64,000 bases of DNA from Candidatus Woesearchaeota archaeon (GCA_964447315.1 CAYURQ010000001.1:27351-91350), one strand, 5' to 3'; positions 29,069-37,019 are shown, counted from the stretch's first letter. The notes: generated by a model from the letters alone, not told the origin. Numbers and translations: made by a program.

Positions 29069-29368
29069 ATGAAACTTGAACAAATGACTGGAGAAATTTC
29101 ACAAGCATCTCAAGGAAGGAGCAAATACTTCGTGGTTGGAGATTTAAGTTACTTGTCTGGATCTCATTTATATATGGCTGATGAACTATATATAAAGAAT
29201 TTTAGAGATGGAAGTATACTCCACATTCATGAAGTAGATGGTAGAATCACTGGTGCTAATATTAGGGGCACTAATGATTTAAGAGGGACTCCAATTAGCA
29301 ACTATCAAGCAACAATGTTAGATGTCTTGCCTGGAAGCTCTAGAACAATCATAAAAAACGGATCATAA
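29069..29368 (+). CDS. hypothetical protein (99 aa), translationally coupled
   Basis: The ATG directly abuts the upstream stop. No motif. Confidence 0.45.
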   Translation: MKLEQMTGEISQASQGRSKYFVVGDLSYLSGSHLYMADELYIKNFRDGSILHIHEVDGRITGANIRGTNDLRGTPISNYQATMLDVLPGSSRTIIKNGS

Positions 29369-29369
29369 A

Positions 29370-29612
29370 ATGGTTTCAGAAAAGCAGATTAAGCACGAGC
29401 TTATAGCCATATATTCTAATTATCTTTCCAGTAAAGAGGATAAAAAGAATAGAGAAAAAGGGTATAAGCTTTATACAAAGTATTTCAATGGTGCAGAAAC
29501 TCTTTTTAGAGAAAATGTGAGTACTGCAATTTGGCAAGCCTTTAATCTGTACGAAGGCAAACTAAAAGAATCCAATGCAAAAAAGATTCTTGAAGATCTT
29601 CGCAAGACTTAA
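29370..29612 (+). CDS. hypothetical protein (80 aa), translationally coupled
   Basis: ATG 1 nt after the upstream stop. No motif. Confidence 0.45.
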   Translation: MVSEKQIKHELIAIYSNYLSSKEDKKNREKGYKLYTKYFNGAETLFRENVSTAIWQAFNLYEGKLKESNAKKILEDLRKT

Positions 29613-29661
29613 TTTTTATTTTATTTTTTATTTTTAGATAATAAAATTCATATTTAGAAAA

Positions 29662-30147
29662 ATGAAAAAACAAGAAATACTAGAAGAACTTAAAAAACAA
29701 TTTGAATTAACAAAGAAAAAACTTAATTTCAAAGCTAGTTATGATGAAATAAATAACATGTCCTATATTGAGGATATGGCTTTAAGCCAGGGTTTTGTTA
29801 GTAACCAATTCCCAAGGCAGATGATTAACAGAATTGTTGAAACCTTTTATGGATGGGTTGGAGAGATTTATTCCTGGATTTATACCCCGCAAATGGACCT
29901 TATTCATGGGCATGAGGGAAAAAGACTTTCTGAACAAGAAAAAAAAGAATTACTTAATATGATTGATAGAATTATGTATTTAGTTAGAAAAAATAAAAGA
30001 ATTGCTTTTCAAGGTTTAATTGAAAAACAAGAAGGAGAATTTGTTGATGAATTAGTTGAATTTGATAAAAAATACTTTAATCCTTTTATGTTAAAATATC
30101 ATAAAAAATTTGAGAATATCTGGAAACAAGAAATAGATAAAAATTAA
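29662..30147 (+). CDS. hypothetical protein (161 aa)
   Basis: Intact ORF after a T-rich 49-nt gap. No motif. Confidence 0.4.
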   Translation: MKKQEILEELKKQFELTKKKLNFKASYDEINNMSYIEDMALSQGFVSNQFPRQMINRIVETFYGWVGEIYSWIYTPQMDLIHGHEGKRLSEQEKKELLNMIDRIMYLVRKNKRIAFQGLIEKQEGEFVDELVEFDKKYFNPFMLKYHKKFENIWKQEIDKN

Positions 30148-30158
30148 ATATTTTTCAA

Positions 30159-30467
30159 TTAATAAGGTATCTTTTCACCTTCCCTAGAGCAATGCGTGCA
30201 ATTGCCTTCAAGACCACATTCTCCTCCAGAAAGCCTTAATCCTTGTCCAGGAGCATTATAATTTCCTTGATAATATCTACATCTTGGTTCAATAAGAAAT
30301 TCTTGCCATCCTCCTGAAGATCCAAGAGTGCTACGTCTAGATACTTTCATTCCCCCTCGAACTTCAACATCTTTTTCTTTAGAAGTGCAAGTGAATGGAT
30401 GATCATACTTTTCTCTTAAATTTTCCATTACTTCTTTAAGAACTGAATTTGAATATTCATAACTCAT
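30159..30467 (-). CDS. Cys-rich small protein, paralogue B (102 aa; start moved to 'MSYEYS')
   Basis: It shares 'KYDHPF.C', 'VRG.M.V', 'F.IEP.C.YY.G.Y' and a terminal 'C....C..C' with the upstream gene. Trimming removes the overlap with 30475..30783. Confidence 0.55.
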   Translation of the reverse strand: MSYEYSNSVLKEVMENLREKYDHPFTCTSKEKDVEVRGGMKVSRRSTLGSSGGWQEFLIEPRCRYYQGNYNAPGQGLRLSGGECGLEGNCTHCSREGEKIPY

Positions 30468-30474
30468 TTTTAAA

Positions 30475-30783
30475 TTATACATTTCCTCCATCTGTTTCAC
30501 AGGCTCTGCAAACACTTTTTCCTGGTTTTCCACAAATTCCAGTGTCTCCTCCTGTATATCCTCCCCTATAATAACTACATTTTGGTTCAATAAAGAATTT
30601 TTGATATCCGCTATTACTAGGAGCTGATCCAGGATACCACCTAACAGTCATCCCTCTAACCCGCACCCCTATCTCCTGCGCTTTTTTACTCCCTCCCTTT
30701 GCAAGAATATTTAGATACCCACAAATAAACGGATGATCATATTTTTTTTCCAGATCCTTTTTTATTTCATTAACATCTGACAT
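30475..30783 (-). CDS. Cys-rich small protein, paralogue A (102 aa)
   Basis: Same conserved blocks as paralogue B. Visibly higher G+C than the surroundings. Confidence 0.55.
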   Translation of the reverse strand: MSDVNEIKKDLEKKYDHPFICGYLNILAKGGSKKAQEIGVRVRGMTVRWYPGSAPSNSGYQKFFIEPKCSYYRGGYTGGDTGICGKPGKSVCRACETDGGNV

Positions 30784-30901
30784 TAAAAAATAATGCTCTT
30801 AATATTTAAATAAATTATTGTACTGAAAAATACTCTTCCTCTAAAACAGTAAACTAAGTAAAACAGATAATACTTCTGTAAAAGACGAAAGATTTAAATA
30901 G

Positions 30902-30919
30902 TAATATCAATTGATATTA
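30902..30919. promoter_or_regulatory. perfect 18-bp palindrome 'taatatcaattgatatta' between TATA box and start of 30940
   Basis: It lies between the TATA-like 'gaaagatttaaatag' (30889-30903) and 'aggag'/ATG 30940. The core 'atcaattgat' recurs at 59555-59566 in front of the paralogous gene. Confidence 0.55.
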
Positions 30920-30939
30920 TCATAAAAATAGGAGTTAAA

Positions 30940-31218
30940 ATGCCATTATTACAAAAAAGAAATCCAAATGCAAGGTCACCAACATTACAAACAGTATTGA
31001 TGGTTGAAAAATTCATTGAAGAAAATAGTGGAGAGTATAAAAAAACAGAATTGTTCAAAAAACTTCCTAGAAAAGTAATGTGGCAAACATTTCAAATAAT
31101 AGTGCAATATCTTGAAGAAAATTATAAAATAATTATTGGAAAGGATGGAATAGTAACCTACATATGGAATCCAAATTTCTATGAAAAAATTAAAGATAGG
31201 CCAGAGATAAAAATATGA
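30940..31218 (+). CDS. small winged-helix-like DNA-binding protein, putative antitoxin
   Basis: 92 aa, paralogous to 59574..59861 ('SPTL.TV.MVE..I.ENSGE.KKT......LP.K.MW.T......YL.E.....I..DG...YIWNP'). It overlaps the downstream toxin-like gene by 4 nt. Confidence 0.45.
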   Translation: MPLLQKRNPNARSPTLQTVLMVEKFIEENSGEYKKTELFKKLPRKVMWQTFQIIVQYLEENYKIIIGKDGIVTYIWNPNFYEKIKDRPEIKI

Positions 31219-31535
31219 AATCAAAGGTTGTTTTTGTTGATAATAGCCTAGAAAAAGCGTTTAATTCTCTTGATGAATCAGACCCTATTAAAAAAGCATT
31301 AATTAGGGCAATAAAAAATATTCAACAAGATCCAAAAGCTGGAAGGAGTGTTATAAAAAGAATGATTCCAGAGAGACTAATTAAGAAATATGGGATAAAT
31401 AACTTGATGATTTACAATTTGCCAAATGCATGGAGAATGTTATATTCAGTAACTACTTCTGGAGATATAGAATTGGTGGCTGTAATACTTGATTGGATGA
31501 ATCACAAGGACTATGAGAGATTATTCAAGTTTTAA
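31215..31535 (+). CDS. RelE/ParE-superfamily toxin-like protein
   Basis: '...NLPNAWRMLYSV....IELVAVILDWMNHKDYERLF' fits the RelE/ParE C-terminal pattern. ATGA overlap with the upstream small gene. Confidence 0.5.
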   Translation: MKSKVVFVDNSLEKAFNSLDESDPIKKALIRAIKNIQQDPKAGRSVIKRMIPERLIKKYGINNLMIYNLPNAWRMLYSVTTSGDIELVAVILDWMNHKDYERLFKF

Positions 31536-31832
31536 TTATTCTTCATCTTCCTCAAGAACTAGTAAACTAAGTAAAACAATTAATACTCCTGCTATTATAG
31601 AAATTACCCAGCTTAGCCAACCTAACTCTAGAGTCTTAAACTTAATTATTAAAAAACCTGCAATACCAAGCAATCCTATGAATATATAATCTTTTCGTAT
31701 TTTTTCTTTGATAATTGGGGCGTGTTCTGAAAATACATCAAGAATTCCAGTAACAATTACAACAACCAATAATATATTTAAGTTAAGATAAGTGCTAACA
31801 AGTCCTGCCCATATTTGTTCAATCAATAACAA
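31536..31832 (-). CDS. small membrane protein, 'LGW' family copy 1 (98 aa; TTG start as tracked)
   Basis: Three hydrophobic segments and an acidic tail. Paralogues at 33542, 36225, 38237 and the C-terminal half of 44150..44632. Confidence 0.55.
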   Translation of the reverse strand: MLLIEQIWAGLVSTYLNLNILLVVVIVTGILDVFSEHAPIIKEKIRKDYIFIGLLGIAGFLIIKFKTLELGWLSWVISIIAGVLIVLLSLLVLEEDEE

Positions 31833-31903
31833 TATTAGATAAGTTACTAAGACTGTTTGAAAGATGTGATTTACTAGGGATGCGTTGTGTCTGTGGAAAA
31901 GGG

Positions 31904-31917
31904 AAAAGTTTATAGAA
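31904..31917 (+). promoter_or_regulatory. BRE/TATA-like promoter of 31938 (leaderless geometry)
   Basis: 'aaaagtttatagaa' centred 26 nt before ATG 31938. Duplicate at 36599-36612. Confidence 0.5.
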
Positions 31918-31937
31918 TTTTAAATTATTATTAAAAC

Positions 31938-32324
31938 ATGGAAGAAAGAGATGTAATAATTAAGATTTATGATAAAAAAGAAGAAATTAATAAAATAATT
32001 AAAGAATTAAAAAAATATTCATTTGAAGATTACATTAAAACTGGCCATTATGAAATTTCTTTATTAACTAAAGGAACAGATGAAGATAAATTGAGAGAGA
32101 TTTATCCTAAATTTGATATTATAGAATTAATAGCATTGAGGAGGCATAAAAATGGTTATGAGAATTATGATGTTTATTATGAACTTGAAAAAGGAAATTA
32201 TGCTTTGTTTGCCATAAATCTAGAAGGTAAAAAACCTAAAATAGATAATGCATTTATAGCTAATAGAATATTCAAAAATTTCTTAAAATCTATGGTAAAA
32301 AGATATGGTAATAAAATGGTTTAA
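31938..32324 (+). CDS. hypothetical protein (128 aa), possibly toxin-like
   Basis: No firm motif, only a loose resemblance to small RNase-fold toxins. Convergent with the DUF2283-like gene, overlapping it by 4 nt. Confidence 0.4.
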   Translation: MEERDVIIKIYDKKEEINKIIKELKKYSFEDYIKTGHYEISLLTKGTDEDKLREIYPKFDIIELIALRRHKNGYENYDVYYELEKGNYALFAINLEGKKPKIDNAFIANRIFKNFLKSMVKRYGNKMV

Positions 32325-32656
32325 TTAGTCATGCATTGCATAGGTATATTTGCTATAGGAATTTGTTTTATTCCTGCTTTTTCATCTTCTAATCCCACCC
32401 CAATAAATAATTGATCTCTGCTTGGTTTTACAATAAGATTTAATTTTTCAAAGTCTTTTATTTGTTGTATATTAAACCCTATTGCCTCAAGAAAATTAGA
32501 AAACTCTCTTACTTCTAAACTAACTACTTTTCCGTTTCCAGTAGTGCTAATAATAAAATCTCCAAAGCTAAAATTCTTCTTAACTTTCTCATTATCTTGA
32601 ATAGAAGCCACAATTAAGCTGTCTGTATTCTCATCATATTTAGAGACTTTTATCAT
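32321..32656 (-). CDS. DUF2283-like small protein
   Basis: N-terminal 'MIKVSKYDENTDSLIVAS' fits the DUF2283 'YD.e.D.lyi' pattern. Confidence 0.45.
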   Translation of the reverse strand: MIKVSKYDENTDSLIVASIQDNEKVKKNFSFGDFIISTTGNGKVVSLEVREFSNFLEAIGFNIQQIKDFEKLNLIVKPSRDQLFIGVGLEDEKAGIKQIPIANIPMQCMTN

Positions 32657-32756
32657 ATTTTATAATAATATTTTGTTTATTTATACCTTTCTATTCATCT
32701 TCTAGAGGCAAGTAAAACATATAAATCTTAATAAATAATTAAAACTCCTTTTCTTA

Positions 32757-33545
32757 ATGGGAATTGATTCATCTGAAGCAAATCAAATAATAAACGCTAT
32801 TGATTTTGTAAATCATCATTATGGAGGTTCTGCAAAAGTTACTGGAGAATTCTTTTGTAAAGACTGTAATGAGAAATTTCCTTCTGGAGAATTTCGTTAT
32901 GATAAAGGAGGGTATATTCCAGGGCCAGGTTTAATTAATTTGTCTTCTGAAAGGGCTGCATTTCCCCTTCATGAGTTTCATACTGTTCTTGCTTTAAAAG
33001 ATTCTGATGAGATCTATGAAAAAAGAGTGATTTTAGACTTATTTAATAAATCAAGAAACTGGAATTTTTATGATGTTCCAGAAAGATGCTTTGAGGATTA
33101 TATGAAAATAATGAAAACAAGCTCACTAATTTCTATTGCTAGTCTAGAAGCTAATCATTGGTGTTATTCACTTCATTCAACACCAGATTTTACAGAAGAA
33201 GAAATGCTGGAGGATCCTATTAAAAGGGATATTCTAGAAATGGATAGGAAGATTAATCTTAGGCCAAATAAATTAGAAAATGAGGTTAAACCAGAAATAA
33301 ATCGGGTTTTCAAAGACATAATTGGTAATAGAGAAATTCCAATAATTTATATTATTCCAGAAGAATTTAGAGGAGATTTTGGAGAGGAATATTATAAAAG
33401 GGATTTTATTGAAGCAACATACAATACTTTTAAAGCAAAGAACATACTTTTTCCAGATGAAAAAAGAAATTCTGTTATTAAAATAATTGATTCTTACTTT
33501 AAAGAAGCAGAATTAAAGCATGAAAGACACCCTTCTCCTTTTTAG
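32757..33545 (+). CDS. hypothetical protein (262 aa)
   Basis: Intact ORF with a single 'CKDC' pair and no recognisable domain. Confidence 0.45.
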   Translation: MGIDSSEANQIINAIDFVNHHYGGSAKVTGEFFCKDCNEKFPSGEFRYDKGGYIPGPGLINLSSERAAFPLHEFHTVLALKDSDEIYEKRVILDLFNKSRNWNFYDVPERCFEDYMKIMKTSSLISIASLEANHWCYSLHSTPDFTEEEMLEDPIKRDILEMDRKINLRPNKLENEVKPEINRVFKDIIGNREIPIIYIIPEEFRGDFGEEYYKRDFIEATYNTFKAKNILFPDEKRNSVIKIIDSYFKEAELKHERHPSPF

Positions 33546-33844
33546 GATTCTTCATCCTCTTCTAAAACAAGTAAACTAAGTAAAACAATTAATACTCCTG
33601 CAACAAGAGATATTACCCATGACAACCATCCTAATTCTAGTGTTTTAAACTTGATTATCAGGAAACCTGCAATACCAAGCAATCCTATAAATATGTAATC
33701 TTTAGGTTTTATTTTTTCTTTAATAATTGGAGCGTGTTCTGAAAATACATCAAGAATTCCAGTAACAATTACAACAACTAATAAGATATTTAAGTTAAGA
33801 TAAGTGCTAACAAGTCCTGCCCATATTTGCTCAATTAATAACAA
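33542..33844 (-). CDS. small membrane protein, 'LGW' family copy 2 (100 aa)
   Basis: About 90% identical by eye to 31536..31832. Confidence 0.55.
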   Translation of the reverse strand: MLLIEQIWAGLVSTYLNLNILLVVVIVTGILDVFSEHAPIIKEKIKPKDYIFIGLLGIAGFLIIKFKTLELGWLSWVISLVAGVLIVLLSLLVLEEDEES

Positions 33845-33913
33845 TATTAGATAAGTTACTAAGACTGTTTGAAAGGTGTGATTTACTAGGGATGTGTTGT
33901 GTCCACGGAATAG

Positions 33914-33952
33914 GAGGTGTTGGAGTGAGGGTTTGGGAATGTTGATAGGATT
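33914..33952 (+). repeat. G-rich element, subfamily 2
   Basis: 'gaggtgttggagtgagggtttgggaatgttgataggatt' aligns with 58345-58389 and 59480-59524. Confidence 0.5.
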
Positions 33953-33960
33953 ATTTTAAT

Positions 33961-34602
33961 TTATATAGAAGAATTAATATCTCCATGCACTACTAATGAT
34001 TGATAATTTTCAAATAAGAAAGGGGCATAAAATTGGGCTTCTGGAAAATCTTTAGTTGTACTTAGATACCAAATATTCTCTTCCATTTTATCTTTAGCTC
34101 TTTCAACTGACTTTTCTATAGTAGAACCTTCTATTAATGCTTTAACAAGGATATTTGAGGGTTCTAAAAATAATTTTGCTATTTTATCTCTTCTTGGAGA
34201 TGCCTCCTGATTAGGATCTTTCCCAAGATTAAAATCTCTCTCATATCCAATAAAACAAATGGCTCCTTTAGTAACTATTATCTTCCCTAGTTTTTGTCCT
34301 GATGAACAAGTTAGGGAATAAACAACCATGCCTGAAAGAACTTTTGCATTTTCTTTAGAGATTATTATCTCATTTTTATGCCCAGCAATCAAATCAGGAT
34401 TACCATGCCCATTAAACATAATAAAATCTGGTTTTTGCTTTTTTATAATTTTTAAGATTTCTTTTTTATTTGCTTTTTCTCTTTCCCTATTTATTGTTTT
34501 GTTTCCTCTTTCTTTCGAATATTTAACTAATTCTTTACTATAATAATATAAATAAGAGAGGGTCCCATCATGCTCGGGTCTGGAAAAAATAATATTACTC
34601 AT
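33961..34602 (-). CDS. minimal CHAT/caspase-like (clan CD) cysteine peptidase candidate (213 aa)
   Basis: Strand+His-Gly 'DFIMFNGHG' (His66) and strand+Cys 'VVYSLTCSSG' (Cys99), followed by 'KGAICFIGY', in the order and spacing typical of caspase-fold enzymes. Confidence 0.4.
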   Translation of the reverse strand: MSNIIFSRPEHDGTLSYLYYYSKELVKYSKERGNKTINREREKANKKEILKIIKKQKPDFIMFNGHGNPDLIAGHKNEIIISKENAKVLSGMVVYSLTCSSGQKLGKIIVTKGAICFIGYERDFNLGKDPNQEASPRRDKIAKLFLEPSNILVKALIEGSTIEKSVERAKDKMEENIWYLSTTKDFPEAQFYAPFLFENYQSLVVHGDINSSI

Positions 34603-34604
34603 AA

Positions 34605-34841
34605 TTATTGTTTTACTAAAAAACCTCTTTTGAAAGCTTTAAGATAGTTTAATTGGATTTCAACTATTCTATTTCCAATATCTGTATTATCTTCTATGTT
34701 TTTTATCAACTCATCTCTTTTCATAAATTTTCCATCAGACATTCCAAATGAAACACTTACATTTGGGGAAGCCTGCCTAATTCTTTCTATGACTATTTCT
34801 TTCTTTAACTGATCTATATTCTCTTGTTTATTTTCTTTCAT
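34605..34841 (-). CDS. hypothetical protein (78 aa), middle gene of the operon
   Basis: 2-nt gap to the downstream gene and a 4-nt overlap with the upstream gene. Confidence 0.45.
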   Translation of the reverse strand: MKENKQENIDQLKKEIVIERIRQASPNVSVSFGMSDGKFMKRDELIKNIEDNTDIGNRIVEIQLNYLKAFKRGFLVKQ

Positions 34842-35020
34842 ATTATTTCTAACTCTTTTAGTATTTTTAATATTTTCTCTCCATTTTCTGTCTTATTCTT
34901 TATTTCTTGGTAAGCAAGATTCCAACTTATTGGATTTTTATCTATAATTACTATTGTATTGTTTCTTTCTTTTATAGGCACTCCAGAATAAACTTTAAAG
35001 AAATCTTCTTCATTTACCAT
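34838..35020 (-). CDS. hypothetical protein (60 aa), first gene of the operon
   Basis: Intact ORF coupled to the next gene. Confidence 0.4.
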   Translation of the reverse strand: MVNEEDFFKVYSGVPIKERNNTIVIIDKNPISWNLAYQEIKNKTENGEKILKILKELEII

Positions 35021-35054
35021 TATTAAATTAGTAAATTAATCTTTTTAATTTTTG

Positions 35055-35165
35055 TCATTTCTTTTTCCTCGGCTTATTCCAATAAGGACTTTGGGGTTTC
35101 ATGAAACACTGAAGAGAAAAGGATATTTAAATGCTGTTTTTTGGAGTGTGGGTAAAACAATTCAT
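35055..35165 (-). pseudogene. decayed copy of the small zinc-ribbon gene (compare 46276..46413)
   Basis: It reads 'MNCFTHTPKNSI*ISFSLQCFMKPQSPYWNKPRKKK*'. The tail matches '...CPKCKSPYWNKPKKK' of the intact gene. It has an in-frame TAA and has lost Cys ligands. Confidence 0.55.
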
Positions 35166-35203
35166 CTTAATCTATATATTTTTTAATTAATGATTCTATA
35201 ATT

Positions 35204-35464
35204 TTAATTATACACTTTATCTCTTTTATCAATTTTTACTATCAAAATTATTTTCTGAGCTTCTTTAATTTTATATAATGCTCTAAAGTACCCAATTCTA
35301 TACCTAAAAACCATCTCATTATTATCTCTCCCAATAAACTTTGAATCACTTGGTACAGGAGTATTTTCAAGGTTTTTTAATCTCTTTTCAATCCTTTCTC
35401 TTTCTTTGGTATCTAATTTGTTTAAAAAATCCTGGGCTTTAACAGACAGCTCTACAGAATACAT
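35204..35464 (-). CDS. relE: RelE-family toxin (archaeal type)
   Basis: '...FRYRIGYFRALYKI.....I.IVKI.KRDKVY' is the archaeal RelE pattern. Confidence 0.7.
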   Translation of the reverse strand: MYSVELSVKAQDFLNKLDTKERERIEKRLKNLENTPVPSDSKFIGRDNNEMVFRYRIGYFRALYKIKEAQKIILIVKIDKRDKVYN

Positions 35465-35465
35465 T

Positions 35466-35627
35466 TTACAGTCTCTTTGTTCTGCCTTCTTTTAAATCTT
35501 CTTCAGCTTGATTTAAAGAGTTTATGTCGTCTTGGGTTAGAGTTACATCTATTATGTGCTCCTTTAAAGAATCCATATCTTTTTTTAAATTGTCTAGTTT
35601 ACTTATGATTAATTCTTCGTTTTCCAT
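35466..35627 (-). CDS. relB: RelB-like antitoxin (53 aa, absent from the ORF track)
   Basis: My translation is 'MENEELIISKLDNLKKDMDSLKEHIIDVTLTQDDINSLNQAEEDLKEGRTKRL'. Its stop is 1 nt before the relE ATG. Confidence 0.6.
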   Translation of the reverse strand: MENEELIISKLDNLKKDMDSLKEHIIDVTLTQDDINSLNQAEEDLKEGRTKRL

Positions 35628-35665
35628 ATCTTCCAATATAAAAATAACTATATAATCTTTTCGTA

Positions 35666-35715
35666 TTTTTTATTTTTCATAAGGGGTGTTGGTTGGAGCA
35701 TTTTAGGGAGTATTG
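35666..35715 (+). repeat. G-rich element, subfamily 1 (3'-end remnant of a paralogue of gene 46504)
   Basis: In frame it reads '...FVFFIFHKGCWLEHFREYCKLKKKK*', versus '...FFIFHRGCWLEHFREYYQLNKKK*' in the intact gene. There is no start codon upstream. Confidence 0.6.
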
Positions 35716-35781
35716 TAAATTAAAAAAAAAGAAATAATTAGCAGAACAATCAAAAAAAATTAGAAAAGATATGGAAAGAAT

Positions 35782-36189
35782 CTACAAAATTTCTTTTAAA
35801 TAATTAGATAAATTTAAATCCCTAATTTCTTGTTTTCTTAACCATTTATAATCTTCATGTTCTTTACTTAACTTAACATTCTCTGGTTTTTCATGAGTTT
35901 TTAATATATATATTATTCTTAAAAGATGAACTTTTTTCCCTTGTTTCTCATATTCTTTACTTAATATTCTATAGATTGAAACTATTTCTGTATCGAGACT
36001 TGTTTCTTCCTTAACTTCTCTAAGTACAGCTTCAGAAGGATCTTCTCCAAATTCAACTCTTCCTCCAGGAATTTCCCATTCTCGAGAACCATCTACTTCT
36101 TTTGAATTTCTTTTAAGAAAAAGAAACTTATCTTGTATCTGAATCAATCCATTTGCTAAAATATTTGTTTTTTTCTTAATTTCTGACAT
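35782..36189 (-). CDS. Nudix hydrolase
   Basis: Nudix box 'GGRVEFGEDPSEAVLREVKEETSL'. It lies in the 543-bp unique spacer between the two 4.15-kb repeat copies. Confidence 0.85.
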   Translation of the reverse strand: MSEIKKKTNILANGLIQIQDKFLFLKRNSKEVDGSREWEIPGGRVEFGEDPSEAVLREVKEETSLDTEIVSIYRILSKEYEKQGKKVHLLRIIYILKTHEKPENVKLSKEHEDYKWLRKQEIRDLNLSNYLKEIL

Positions 36190-36224
36190 GTTTTAATAAA
36201 AGAATACATTTTATTTAAGGTTTT

Positions 36225-36527
36225 CTAATCTTGTTGTTCACCTTCTTCTAAAACAAGCAAACTAAGTAAAACAATTAATACTCCTGCTATTATAGAAATT
36301 ACCCAGCTTAGCCAACCTAACTCTAGAGTCTTAAACTTAATTATTAAAAAACCTGCAATACCAAGCAATCCTATGAATATATAATCTTTTCGTATTTTTT
36401 CTTTGATAATTGGGGCGTGTTCTGAAAATACATCAAGAATTCCAGTAACAATTACAACAACCAATAATATATTTAAGTTAAGATAAGTGCTAACAAGTCC
36501 TGCCCATATTTGTTCAATCAATAACAA
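36225..36527 (-). CDS. small membrane protein, 'LGW' family copy 3 (100 aa)
   Basis: Same as 31536..31832 except for the C-terminal tail ('LEEGEQQD' versus 'LEEDEE'). The repeat boundary falls in its 3' end. Confidence 0.55.
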   Translation of the reverse strand: MLLIEQIWAGLVSTYLNLNILLVVVIVTGILDVFSEHAPIIKEKIRKDYIFIGLLGIAGFLIIKFKTLELGWLSWVISIIAGVLIVLLSLLVLEEGEQQD

Positions 36528-36632
36528 TATTAGATAAGTTACTAAGACTGTTTGAAAGATGTGATTTACTAGGGATGCGTTGTGTCTGTGGAAAAGGGAA
36601 AAGTTTATAGAATTTTAAATTATTATTAAAAC

Positions 36633-37019
36633 ATGGAAGAAAGAGATGTAATAATTAAGATTTATGATAAAAAAGAAGAAATTAATAAAATAATTAAAGA
36701 ATTAAAAAAATATTCATTTGAAGATTACATTAAAACTGGCCATTATGAAATTTCTTTATTAACTAAAGGAACAGATGAAGATAAATTGAGAGAGATTTAT
36801 CCTAAATTTGATATTATAGAATTAATAGCATTGAGGAGGCATAAAAATGGTTATGAGAATTATGATGTTTATTATGAACTTGAAAAAGGAAATTATGCTT
36901 TGTTTGCCATAAATCTAGAAGGTAAAAAACCTAAAATAGATAATGCATTTATAGCTAATAGAATATTCAAAAATTTCTTAAAATCTATGGTAAAAAGATA
37001 TGGTAATAAAATGGTTTAA
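36633..37019 (+). CDS. hypothetical protein (128 aa), duplicate of 31938..32324
   Basis: Identical translation. Confidence 0.4.
   Translation: MEERDVIIKIYDKKEEINKIIKELKKYSFEDYIKTGHYEISLLTKGTDEDKLREIYPKFDIIELIALRRHKNGYENYDVYYELEKGNYALFAINLEGKKPKIDNAFIANRIFKNFLKSMVKRYGNKMV

Larger units (their letters stand above)
31564..35715. repeat. 4,152-bp direct repeat, copy 1
   Basis: All eight fully contained tracked ORFs have translations identical to copy 2 at a constant offset of 4,695 bp. I traced the end points by eye to 31564/36259 and 35715/40410. Confidence 0.9.
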
